Sequence record: PP400784
Source of the DNA: Escherichia phage FL38
DNA: 64,000 bases
Direction: 5' to 3' (one strand)
Below are positions 8,298 through 16,251 of the stretch, in pieces. The number at the start of each line of letters is the position of its first letter. Position 1 is the stretch's first letter. Position numbers and translations under genes: made by a program. A model generated the notes under the pieces. The model was not told the DNA's origin, searched no databases, and saw only the letters and a list, made by a program, of their open reading frames with translations.

Positions 8298-8606
8298 TCA
8301 TTTAGACAAATAATCATTCAGTGCAATCCGGTCGGCGTATGCTGGTGTTACGTCAATCACAATCACTTTAACGCGTGCTTTCTTGCGACCTGGGTTTTCA
8401 CGTAACCAGTGCTCATGACCGTGAACATTTTTATACTGCGATGCTTCTTCGAAGGTACGGATCGGACCTGGGTAATCAGCGTAAAGGATCTCTAGATCTT
8501 CGGTGATGTAAAAATATACATCATAATTACTGTTCTCTAGTTTAAGCAGAGACTTTCGGAACATTGGGAGATTTTCGCGGGTAAATTCAAAGATATTATC
8601 TTTCAT
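8298..8606 (-). CDS. H-x-H-W family small protein, member 1 (102 aa)
   Basis: Shares Y-I-x-D ... H-x-H-W ... V-x-V-x-V pattern (VHGHEHW) with five paralogs nearby. Confidence 0.55.
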   Translation of the reverse strand: MKDNIFEFTRENLPMFRKSLLKLENSNYDVYFYITEDLEILYADYPGPIRTFEEASQYKNVHGHEHWLRENPGRKKARVKVIVIDVTPAYADRIALNDYLSK

Positions 8607-8656
8607 AGTATTATCCTCAATAGTTGGATGAAAAGGGGCGTTAACGCCCCCATATA

Positions 8657-8944
8657 TTAAAACAGTCCTTCCTGTACACCGTAGTAGAGTTCGTCGCTGA
8701 TAATTTCATTAATGCGACGGTGTGCATATTCCTGATTTGCGAAGTTGTCAGCAAGTTCTACTTTAGTTTCGCCGTCATGTGTCCATTTAGTGATAACTTT
8801 ACCATCTGCAAATTTGAAGTTGAACTCTTTAGCTACTGCATCGCGTACCAGACGTGCAAACTTATTGTTGCGGATTGCATTGTCGGTTTCGTGTGCAGCG
8901 TGAGCAAATTTGTTAACTTTCAGAGTGATAGTGATGTATGCCAT
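8657..8944 (-). CDS. Hypothetical protein (95 aa), paralog of 11984..12295
   Basis: Shared segment R..VR.A.AKEFN.K with 11984..12295 product. Confidence 0.55.
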   Translation of the reverse strand: MAYITITLKVNKFAHAAHETDNAIRNNKFARLVRDAVAKEFNFKFADGKVITKWTHDGETKVELADNFANQEYAHRRINEIISDELYYGVQEGLF

Positions 8945-8990
8945 AATTTGATTCTCCTAGTTAGAAAGTGTATCTCGTTTCGATGGGGAT

Positions 8991-9019
8991 ATTATGCTAT
9001 ATCCCCGATCCGGTGTCAA
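8991..9019 (-). promoter_or_regulatory. Early promoter cassette
   Basis: TTGACA-17 bp-CATAAT on minus strand. Confidence 0.7.
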
Positions 9020-9025
9020 CACTTT

Positions 9026-9304
9026 TTATAAAATAATTTTTTGATATTTTTCTATGATGTTCGTGTAAGTCACCTCAACCGCTAGCACCGTTGCTTCGAA
9101 TCCACCGTTTAGCCAATGGCTATGATCATGATCGTGAAAGAAACCAAGACCAGTACGAAGACCTTCTTTATATTCGGCGCGTACATTTAGATCATCATCG
9201 ATAAACAGATAAAACCATGAATTTTTACTAGGATTGATGATACAACCTTTCAGATTAGGGAGAATATCACGACTAAGAATAAACTTATCACCTACTTTGA
9301 ACAT
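9026..9304 (-). CDS. H-x-H-W family small protein, member 2 (92 aa)
   Basis: FHDHDHSHW motif; start trimmed to ATG (MFKVGDKF) preceded by SD GTGAGGA. Confidence 0.55.
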   Translation of the reverse strand: MFKVGDKFILSRDILPNLKGCIINPSKNSWFYLFIDDDLNVRAEYKEGLRTGLGFFHDHDHSHWLNGGFEATVLAVEVTYTNIIEKYQKIIL

Positions 9305-9308
9305 AATA

Positions 9309-9629
9309 TTAGTCCTCACTTATAAGGTCAAACCAATTGTTTTTCGCATAATGCTTAATGCGTGCTTGATCTGCTTCCGCTGGTGATAGATTCCATGCAA
9401 CCACTACAACTTCTGACGCATCGTCATCCGTTTCTGATACCCAGTGATTGTGATTCATACAGTTATTTGCTATCGAGTGAGCAAATGATTTCATCACTGG
9501 AGACGTATAATCATAGTAACGGATTTTCAGATTTTCATCAACATACAAATAGATCGTATAAGGTTTATATTCAGTAACCAGTAACAGACAGTTACGCAAT
9601 TCTGGGAAAATCTTTTTAGTTAATTTCAT
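9309..9629 (-). CDS. H-x-H-W family small protein, member 3 (106 aa)
   Basis: MNHNHW motif and family pattern. Confidence 0.55.
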   Translation of the reverse strand: MKLTKKIFPELRNCLLLVTEYKPYTIYLYVDENLKIRYYDYTSPVMKSFAHSIANNCMNHNHWVSETDDDASEVVVVAWNLSPAEADQARIKHYAKNNWFDLISED

Positions 9630-9843
9630 ATTCTAGTTCTCCGTAATACACGGTAATCCATTTTTCTTCATATTTTGTATCTTTCCAGCACACAATACCG
9701 TTTACTGTGCAATCTTTGGAATTGACGAATGATTCATATTGTTCCGCATCTTCCATCATTTCATGAGCGGTCTTTTCATCGAATATATCGCAGATCGCTT
9801 TATATGCTCGATAATCTTTAAATTTGCTCATAATTAACACCAC
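9616..9843 (-). CDS. Hypothetical protein (75 aa), tandem paralog of 9834..10043
   Basis: Both begin MSKFKDY(R/K)AY and share W(K/E)(D/E)T.Y motif. Confidence 0.5.
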   Translation of the reverse strand: MVLIMSKFKDYRAYKAICDIFDEKTAHEMMEDAEQYESFVNSKDCTVNGIVCWKDTKYEEKWITVYYGELEYEIN

Positions 9844-10043
9844 TCAAGAGTTTTTGAAAACACATCTATCCATTGTTGAGTATATGCGGTTTCTTTCCAT
9901 GATACAATACCAGTCGAATAATGGTTTTTGTTTCCAGAAAAGGACGGGCATTTTGATGCATCTTCCATCATCTTTTCGGCGAACTCTGGTGCGTATACTC
10001 GCAAAATCTGTTGATATGCTTTATAATCTTTAAACTTACTCAT
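9834..10043 (-). CDS. Hypothetical protein (69 aa), tandem paralog of 9616..9843
   Basis: N-terminal MSKFKDYKAY shared with neighbour. Confidence 0.5.
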   Translation of the reverse strand: MSKFKDYKAYQQILRVYAPEFAEKMMEDASKCPSFSGNKNHYSTGIVSWKETAYTQQWIDVFSKTLEWC

Positions 10044-10324
10044 AACAACACCACCGATACATCGTAATCATTCGCGGCCTTATCGGCTTCTTCAACCGAC
10101 ATAATACCTTCTGCGACAATTGGCATAGGGTGATCGTGATTCCACCAATGGTCATGTATATCAATTTCAGTTTTGCCGGAAAATGAATCATGTTTGACGT
10201 TTTTCACTTTATACCCGATGTGACCGTCGTGGTCAATAAAGATATAGTTTCCGAAAATCGGTGTCTGTAAAATCATACCGAAAAATTTTTCTTTGTTGTT
10301 CGGGTCGAGTGTAATCATTTTCAT
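10040..10324 (-). CDS. H-x-H-W family small protein, member 4 (94 aa)
   Basis: IFIDHDG ... IHDHWWNHDH motif. Confidence 0.55.
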   Translation of the reverse strand: MKMITLDPNNKEKFFGMILQTPIFGNYIFIDHDGHIGYKVKNVKHDSFSGKTEIDIHDHWWNHDHPMPIVAEGIMSVEEADKAANDYDVSVVLL

Positions 10325-10336
10325 AATATATTCCTC

Positions 10337-10516
10337 TTAGAAAGGGATGGTCATTTCTTGAGCTTGTACATTCTCATTAGGATTAAACTTAATCCAACCG
10401 ATATTGTCTACCAGCATATGCACATTTTTATCATATCCTACGTGAGTAGTCAACACTAAATGTGCTTTACCTTCAACGATGATTTCCATGTACTTCTGAA
10501 CTTCGATAGCTTTCAT
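10337..10516 (-). CDS. Hypothetical small protein (59 aa), not in ORF track
   Basis: ATG with SD GGAGAATCA directly downstream of promoter cassette; MKAIEVQKYMEIIVEGKAHLVL... Confidence 0.45.
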   Translation of the reverse strand: MKAIEVQKYMEIIVEGKAHLVLTTHVGYDKNVHMLVDNIGWIKFNPNENVQAQEMTIPF

Positions 10517-10548
10517 TTTGATTCTCCGTTTGTTGTCTTGATGGGAGT

Positions 10549-10577
10549 ATCTTACTACTCCCTTTAATCATTGTCAA
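10549..10577 (-). promoter_or_regulatory. Early promoter cassette
   Basis: TTGACA-17 bp-TAAGAT within GGGAGTAGTAAGATACTCCC inverted repeat. Confidence 0.6.
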
Positions 10578-10580
10578 CTA

Positions 10581-10748
10581 TTATTTGTTAATTTCCGGTG
10601 CGTTGCTTGGATAGTAACCTTCTTTAACACCCAGATATTTTGCAACCATTCCGGTGATCTTCTGTGCTACTACGATATCGAATTTCAGGTAGTCTTCACC
10701 GTGGTTTGCTACAATGTATGCTTCGCATTCTGCTTTAGTCTGGAACAT
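10581..10748 (-). CDS. Small protein (55 aa), copy B of duplicated gene
   Basis: MFQTKAECEAYIVANHGEDYLKFDIVVAQKITGMVAKYLGVKEGYYPSNAPEINK; ORF-track start 10814 is an extension through the promoter. Confidence 0.65.
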   Translation of the reverse strand: MFQTKAECEAYIVANHGEDYLKFDIVVAQKITGMVAKYLGVKEGYYPSNAPEINK

Positions 10749-10782
10749 TTTTGATTCTCCTATATCTCGTTGGTATGTGTGT

Positions 10783-10811
10783 AGTATAGGGGATCTCCCG
10801 ATCCCCGTCAA
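10783..10811 (-). promoter_or_regulatory. Early promoter cassette
   Basis: TTGACG-17 bp-TATACT; near-copy of cassette at 6972..7000. Confidence 0.6.
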
Positions 10812-10819
10812 CAACTTTT

Positions 10820-11128
10820 TTATTCTTCATCTTCATTTTTATCTTTATATGCGTACTTCATAAATTTGTCTGCTACTTTGTCCGCGTTTTCAGGTTCTAC
10901 GTCTGACGCTAGGACAACAGCTAGTTCGGTTTTGTCGTTTCCATCATACCAATGATTATGAGTGTCGTTTTCTTCGATATAAAACGAATCATTTGGAGTT
11001 GTGCGACAATATACGTCTAAATTCCCATCGATATAAAAGATCCAATCCGAATACAAAATGATTGCTTTAGCCAGATTTTTATTGTCTCTTACAAAAGGTT
11101 CCGCGACAAATAGCTTAGTTTGTTCCAT
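10820..11128 (-). CDS. H-x-H-W family small protein, member 5 (about 102 aa)
   Basis: WIFYIDGNLDVY ... THNHW motif; start trimmed to MEQTKLF with SD GAGGAAA. Confidence 0.5.
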   Translation of the reverse strand: MEQTKLFVAEPFVRDNKNLAKAIILYSDWIFYIDGNLDVYCRTTPNDSFYIEENDTHNHWYDGNDKTELAVVLASDVEPENADKVADKFMKYAYKDKNEDEE

Positions 11129-11144
11129 AATATTTTCCTCAAAA

Positions 11145-11336
11145 TTATACAGCTTCGTAAACTTCCCAATGTCCAACACCAGCACGCTTAACGAAAAGGT
11201 TTTCTTTGATGTTATTCATAAACGTCTGGATAGATTTAATGCGGTTTGAAGGTTTCCATTCTTCGTTGGCATTGCGTCGATACATCATAACATTACCAGT
11301 TCGCTTATATTCAGCAACCATTTTAAGACCACACAT
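11145..11336 (-). CDS. Hypothetical protein (63 aa)
   Basis: ORF with SD GAGGA upstream of ATG. Confidence 0.45.
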   Translation of the reverse strand: MCGLKMVAEYKRTGNVMMYRRNANEEWKPSNRIKSIQTFMNNIKENLFVKRAGVGHWEVYEAV

Positions 11337-11393
11337 AATATTATCCTCAATTTGTGGGAGAGTATTACCCCTCCCAATGATTGTTATGTTATA

Positions 11394-11714
11394 TCACACA
11401 AAATGGCGTGTCAATGCTTCTTTTGCGGTTCCGCTAAGACTTTCGATCTCGCCTGGCATAACATCAACCGCCAGAACTTCTACAACATCCTCGGACCCTA
11501 ACCAGTGAGTATGGCCTTTGTAGAACTTGATAACCAGACTACCTTCCTCATCCCATTTAACGCTATCGCTAGCCCACCACACATCACCGTCGATAAAGTT
11601 GATGTAAAGCACACTACGCCACATTGAATTAATTACTTTCAATACTGCGCCTTTCATCTCTTCCACGGTATGGTCTTCCATTTTGAAGACCTCACCTACC
11701 TGAACTTTTGCCAT
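11394..11714 (-). CDS. H-x-H-W family small protein, member 6 (106 aa)
   Basis: LYINFIDGDVWW ... KGHTHW ... VVEVLAVDV pattern. Confidence 0.55.
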   Translation of the reverse strand: MAKVQVGEVFKMEDHTVEEMKGAVLKVINSMWRSVLYINFIDGDVWWASDSVKWDEEGSLVIKFYKGHTHWLGSEDVVEVLAVDVMPGEIESLSGTAKEALTRHFV

Positions 11715-11731
11715 TTAGTCACCTCTCTTTA

Positions 11732-11911
11732 TTACATAACAATCACGCCAGCCGTTGAAAGTTGATGTTTCAACTGAGCATTTTCTGCTACCGTCAAATC
11801 AATGATTTCTTGTGACGCTGCAATCATATATCCATTGGTGATATTGTTTTGCATCAGTTCAATGGTTTCTTCGTTGTAGCGGATTTTAGCGATGATTTCG
11901 TTGAAGTTCAT
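11732..11911 (-). CDS. Hypothetical small protein (about 59 aa), not in ORF track
   Basis: ATG with SD AGGAGAATCA downstream of promoter cassette; boundaries approximate. Confidence 0.35.
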   Translation of the reverse strand: MNFNEIIAKIRYNEETIELMQNNITNGYMIAASQEIIDLTVAENAQLKHQLSTAGVIVM

Positions 11912-11945
11912 AATTGATTCTCCTAGTTCGTTTCGGTATGTGTGT

Positions 11946-11975
11946 ATTATAGGGGAGTTTAACCTCCCTTGTCAA
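11946..11975 (-). promoter_or_regulatory. Early promoter cassette
   Basis: TTGACA-18 bp-TATAAT on minus strand. Confidence 0.65.
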
Positions 11976-11983
11976 CAACTTTT

Positions 11984-12295
11984 TTAAAGTTTTTCCATGA
12001 TAACGGTCATAATTACATCTTCTGCGCGAGCGGTCAGATTATCAGCGTCAGCATGTGGGCGGTTGGTTGTTACAGAGATAACACCGTTGCGCACTGGTTT
12101 GATATTGATATCAAGATGATCCGCGAAACGTTCGCCAGTTACAGAATGAATTTTGGTGTTAAATTCTTTTGCCAGTGCCTTGCGAACTTCACGAATCAGG
12201 GTAGCGTTTTTCAGTTGGTTCTCCGCGCTCATGGTCTTCTGGGTGTTCATGGTTCCGTCGAAGTCAATCATTGGCAGCGTTACGATGTATTTCAT
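11984..12295 (-). CDS. Hypothetical protein (103 aa), paralog of 8657..8944
   Basis: Shared REVRKALAKEFNTK segment; SD and promoter cassette upstream. Confidence 0.55.
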   Translation of the reverse strand: MKYIVTLPMIDFDGTMNTQKTMSAENQLKNATLIREVRKALAKEFNTKIHSVTGERFADHLDINIKPVRNGVISVTTNRPHADADNLTARAEDVIMTVIMEKL

Positions 12296-12340
12296 TTTTG
12301 ATTCTCCGTTTAAGAAAGTGTGTTTCGTTTTGATGTGTGT

Positions 12341-12369
12341 AGTATAGGGGATACGTGATCCCCTGTCAA
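12341..12369 (-). promoter_or_regulatory. Early promoter cassette
   Basis: TTGACA-GGGGATCACGTATCCCC-TATACT on minus strand. Confidence 0.65.
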
Positions 12370-12382
12370 CAACTTTTTTGAA

Positions 12383-12859
12383 TTATTTTTCTTGATGCTC
12401 GCGCTCGTACTTTTCGAAATAAAATTCTACTGGCTGGTCATGAATTGACAGCAAGCCAAAGCGTTTAGCCGCTCGCAATCCCATATTGCGCTGAATGTAC
12501 TTCTGGAAGTTCTCGCGTATACACTTACGCCAGTATTCTAAGCCCATACAGCTTTTATAAAGGTTGCATTGCACACACGCCGGATTCATGTTATCAAGTA
12601 TATCATGTTCCGGTTTATGCATTCCTACAACCTTATACTTCCACGATCCATCATCATTACGGGCAATTCGTCCATTTTCATCATAGACTACCTTTGATCG
12701 TCGCAATACTGGTTTGATATGGTCTGCGTGCCAGCGATCCCCTAGTTCCTCGCCACAATAGGCACAACGTCCACCGTATTTCATTTTCAGGATCTGGCGT
12801 TGCTCTTTCTTTGACAATTTTTTAGGTTTAGGGGCTTTCGCCCCTTCATTATCACACAT
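12383..12859 (-). CDS. HNH endonuclease (158 aa)
   Basis: CAYCGEEL ... WHADHIKP ... NPACVQCN: HNH/zinc-finger signature; overlaps ligase stop by 8 nt. Confidence 0.7.
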   Translation of the reverse strand: MCDNEGAKAPKPKKLSKKEQRQILKMKYGGRCAYCGEELGDRWHADHIKPVLRRSKVVYDENGRIARNDDGSWKYKVVGMHKPEHDILDNMNPACVQCNLYKSCMGLEYWRKCIRENFQKYIQRNMGLRAAKRFGLLSIHDQPVEFYFEKYEREHQEK

Positions 12860-14354
12860 CGAATACCTCTTTTACTGTATTTGCAGTGGTCTTGTCGTAG
12901 CGAATACGTTTGATGATTGGGAGAAATAAAGAGAACTCCGGTTCATCTTCTTTACGTGATTTGCTGCGGATATACCCGTTGCATGTCATCTCAATAACTT
13001 TTCCAATCAGGTTATGACGGTCAGCCCATAACATTTCTCGGTCGAGTTCATTTCGACGATCGAACGGAATTACACGTTCAGTACCATCATCACCTTTTTC
13101 GGTTGTAGTGTCGGTTAATCCCGATCCGGTGTTAGTCATCATTCGTCCGCACGCACTACGGACAGTAAAACCGCCTACCTTATTGGGGTCTTTACTATGC
13201 GGATATACATCAACAATTTCCGCGTCGAAGTCAATCACTTCTTTAAATTTAACCTGATCTTTACTACGGCGATCTTCAAATACACCATGTAAATTTTTAA
13301 GGATAATACCTTCTAAGCCCATGTTGACATAACGATGATATACTTCGCGAGCTTCATCGATATTGTTAACTACAGTGTTTTCGATGATCTGAACACGAGG
13401 ATCGTTAAGTTCTTCAACAATCTGTTTTAGTTCTTCGAATCGATCTTTATATTGCTTCGTTGCTTTCTCGTTTCCGTAATACACATCACGGTCGATAACA
13501 TCCCAGACAGTGTAAACAATACATTGGGCTTCTTCTTTTGGAATAGTTCCTTTAAGTGATTTGTTGAGGATACCATTTCCGGTCTGACGATCTGCAACAA
13601 CGGATTCTTTCACTGCTTCCGCTACTGGCGTTAATGGCATTTCCTCTTCTTCAAATATCCATGACAGAGTACCATCATAAACGCTTTCAACGAAGTTCTG
13701 CGCTGGTGTTTGCGAAAGGGTAGGCATATATACCAATTCGCCATCTAGAACAATTCCACGGCCTCGTAGACGCTCTAAAACCGCAAACAAATCATCAAGC
13801 CCTTGATAGGTATTACCTGAGCGGGTATAGATTGCTAATGTTTCCCCGTCAATATCAGCCATACCACGAGCGCCATCGCTTTTAAGTTGTGCATACGCCG
13901 GATACTTGATATTAGCAATAGTCTTATCAGAACATGACGATGCAAGGTGGCACGGCTGCTGGGGGATCAGTTTCTTCCATACCTTGTTTGCAGTGGTAGC
14001 GGAACAACCACATTCCAGGTCACGATTCAGGACCATCATTGCAACTTTAGCATCATCCTCTGACAAGCAAGTCAGAGTATCGGTAACTAGCTGTAATGCT
14101 GCATTACCAGTTACTTGACGAGTGGCAAGTTTATTTTTAAAGACCTGTAATGCACCGGATAAAGACAATACAGACGAATAACGCGATGGTTTATCGTATT
14201 TCTTTACGCCAAACGTAACCTGTTTGCAATATGCCAGATAAAAGCATTCTTTCAGCGTTTCATTGCTCGCGGATTCTTTCAGAATCTTTTCTTTCAGCGA
14301 TGTTTTGTCTGTTGCTGCAAGCTGATTAATGATATTAAGAATTGACATTTTCAC
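12852..14354 (-). CDS. 30: ATP-dependent DNA ligase
   Basis: 500 aa; adenylation motif YAQLKSDGARG (KxDG), EGIILKN, GIANKSLKGTI closely parallel T4 gp30. Confidence 0.92.
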   Translation of the reverse strand: MKMSILNIINQLAATDKTSLKEKILKESASNETLKECFYLAYCKQVTFGVKKYDKPSRYSSVLSLSGALQVFKNKLATRQVTGNAALQLVTDTLTCLSEDDAKVAMMVLNRDLECGCSATTANKVWKKLIPQQPCHLASSCSDKTIANIKYPAYAQLKSDGARGMADIDGETLAIYTRSGNTYQGLDDLFAVLERLRGRGIVLDGELVYMPTLSQTPAQNFVESVYDGTLSWIFEEEEMPLTPVAEAVKESVVADRQTGNGILNKSLKGTIPKEEAQCIVYTVWDVIDRDVYYGNEKATKQYKDRFEELKQIVEELNDPRVQIIENTVVNNIDEAREVYHRYVNMGLEGIILKNLHGVFEDRRSKDQVKFKEVIDFDAEIVDVYPHSKDPNKVGGFTVRSACGRMMTNTGSGLTDTTTEKGDDGTERVIPFDRRNELDREMLWADRHNLIGKVIEMTCNGYIRSKSRKEDEPEFSLFLPIIKRIRYDKTTANTVKEVFDV

Positions 14355-14814
14355 CTCGTTTTGTTAAACGTTCACGAATATCATTGAGGATACTACAAAA
14401 TTCCGATTCAGTCAATATAGTCTTTAACGGATCAGTTCCACCTATGCTATGACGTAATTTCTTATTTCCGGTAGAGAGTAATGCTTTACAAAATTCTGGG
14501 TTATTCCGTGCCATCGTAACAAATGCCAGATGTACCAGTCTGTAATAATGCTCACTCATTCGATGAATCGGGCGACCCTGAAAATATAACATGTGATTCT
14601 CAATCTTTTCAGTTCTTCCGGTTCTTTTTGCTTTGCCACCGTGCATCAAAAAGATTTCTCTTTGTCTCTGAGGGTTCTTAAATCTTAGCCCCTGTAAAAA
14701 TCCTTCTGTGCTGTTAATATCGCAACCAAATAGACGGAATGGTCTTTTATTGAAATTACTCAATTCACCCGATGGATAAGGTCCACCCGCATAGATATCA
14801 ATTTCAGAAGTCAT
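14335..14814 (-). CDS. NADAR-like (YbiA/DUF1768) protein, putative ADP-ribose-processing enzyme
   Basis: IDIYAGGPY..GELSNF, EGFLQGLRF, AKRTGR, ALLSTGNKKLRHSIGGTDP resemble NADAR conserved blocks. Confidence 0.55.
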   Translation of the reverse strand: MTSEIDIYAGGPYPSGELSNFNKRPFRLFGCDINSTEGFLQGLRFKNPQRQREIFLMHGGKAKRTGRTEKIENHMLYFQGRPIHRMSEHYYRLVHLAFVTMARNNPEFCKALLSTGNKKLRHSIGGTDPLKTILTESEFCSILNDIRERLTKRGENVNS

Positions 14815-15019
14815 TGAAACTAATCTCGCTAATCAGAGAGAACGGATCATAATCGTCATTAGGAATATCGATAGTAATCGAATGAGGGTTTACCCATACA
14901 CCAAACTGGTCTTCTTCGGTGAATACTTCGGTATGGATTTCGTGGATGTTTACATTCATAGTTTTCATAATAAAATTTCCTTAATAATCAATAACTTACA
15001 AAATCATATAGCCAAAATA

Positions 15020-15042
15020 TAGGCGGGATTATTTCCCGCCGT
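15020..15042 (-). terminator. Rho-independent terminator downstream of gene 31
   Basis: GGCGGGA-ttatt-TCCCGCC hairpin followed by U-rich tract on minus strand. Confidence 0.65.
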
Positions 15043-15051
15043 TTAAAATCA

Positions 15052-15375
15052 TTAACCGTAAACTACCACAATATTCTGTTTGTGCGTTACAGTCCATTTC
15101 AGGTCGATCTCTTCTTCCTTCTTAACGCCGTTAATAACGTCTGGATGAGGAACTTTATTCATCTTGCCATGTGGCAGTAAAACAGTTTTACCCAGCAATT
15201 CTTTATCTACCGTTTCACCGATATCAATAATCTTACCTACCAGCGGAATCTCGCCCATAGTGCGCTTTTGCTCAATAATGATCCCCATAGAGCTTTTTAC
15301 TTCTGTCCCTGCGCTTTCTGCTTTAGCTTCAATAATCACATAGTCACCAAGTGCTTTAGGAGTTTTAACGGTCAT
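15052..15375 (-). CDS. 31: Co-chaperonin gp31 (GroES analogue)
   Basis: 107 aa; GDYVII, mobile-loop-like region, LPHGK, VPHP parallel T4 gp31; T4 position. Confidence 0.75.
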   Translation of the reverse strand: MTVKTPKALGDYVIIEAKAESAGTEVKSSMGIIIEQKRTMGEIPLVGKIIDIGETVDKELLGKTVLLPHGKMNKVPHPDVINGVKKEEEIDLKWTVTHKQNIVVVYG

Positions 15376-15416
15376 AATTTTATTACCTCTTCAAATCAAT
15401 ACAGTTTAATGATGAA

Positions 15417-15737
15417 TTATTTATAAATTTCGACGATCTGCGCTGGAGTCAGCCCGTCTACATTAATCAGACTATCAAGCCCAAAACTACGGAAACCTTC
15501 AACTGCAATTTCATATACTGGCAAAGATGTTTCTGATTCTTTACGCGGTTTTTCAACATTAGGAACTAACCACTTTTCGTATGTTTCGAAAGGCATCAGT
15601 GCCGGATCTCGCGTGGCGATCATCTCACGGACAGTACCATCTTTCTTAGTAAACTGCAAAGAGTGAGTACCGACCGAAAACATTTTCTTTAGTGCTTCAC
15701 GAAGTGCGATATTATCAACTTGTTCAGTCATTATCAA
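15417..15737 (-). CDS. Hypothetical protein (106 aa)
   Basis: ORF between gene 31 and cd (T4 31.x position). Confidence 0.5.
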   Translation of the reverse strand: MIMTEQVDNIALREALKKMFSVGTHSLQFTKKDGTVREMIATRDPALMPFETYEKWLVPNVEKPRKESETSLPVYEIAVEGFRSFGLDSLINVDGLTPAQIVEIYK

Positions 15738-16230
15738 TACCCTTCAAATCAGTCAATAATGCTTTTGGAATACGCGTGATTGTAATATCTGCATTATTCA
15801 GAATATCAGCCCAATCACGCCCACCATTTCGATCATATGTGTCGCAATAGTATAGATGTTTAATACCACTGTTTGCAATTGCTTTAGCGCAATCTGGACA
15901 CGGTGAAGCAGTACACCACATACTAGCGCCTTCAATCGATACACCGCTACGGGCAGCAAACAAAATAGCATTTAATTCAGCATGGATCTCGTTTTTCTGT
16001 GACCATGCACTATGCTCTGGTCGTTTTTCTGGGATCATTTTGCCGTCATCATCCAGCCAACCGTTTTTATGTGCATGACAGCTACAATTTACTTGCCCTG
16101 CTGGAGTTCCGTTAAATCCAGTAGAAATGATTCGCCCGTCTTTTTCGATCAGTGCGCCTACCTTCCACGAAACGCATTTAGAGTTCTTTGCGATTAGATA
16201 GGCGATCTGCATGTAAGTTTGTGACAACAT
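15724..16230 (-). CDS. cd: dCMP deaminase
   Basis: Zinc-binding cytidine/dCMP deaminase motifs HAELNAI and PCPDCAKAI; N-terminus parallels T4 Cd. Confidence 0.9.
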   Translation of the reverse strand: MLSQTYMQIAYLIAKNSKCVSWKVGALIEKDGRIISTGFNGTPAGQVNCSCHAHKNGWLDDDGKMIPEKRPEHSAWSQKNEIHAELNAILFAARSGVSIEGASMWCTASPCPDCAKAIANSGIKHLYYCDTYDRNGGRDWADILNNADITITRIPKALLTDLKGIDND

Positions 16231-16251
16231 AATATAATCCTCACATAGTAA

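Noticed and set aside
11138-11185. Apparent promoter-like TATAAT inside the 5' extension of ORF 10820..11185
   Set aside because: A TATAAT is present but no well-spaced -35 hexamer; the ORF start was simply trimmed to the ATG with an SD and no promoter is claimed.
4347-12369. Repeated ~30-60 bp elements separated by unique sequence, considered as a possible CRISPR array
   Set aside because: Repeats are not regularly spaced (spacers 150-700 bp containing ORFs), are degenerate rather than near-identical, and match promoter architecture.
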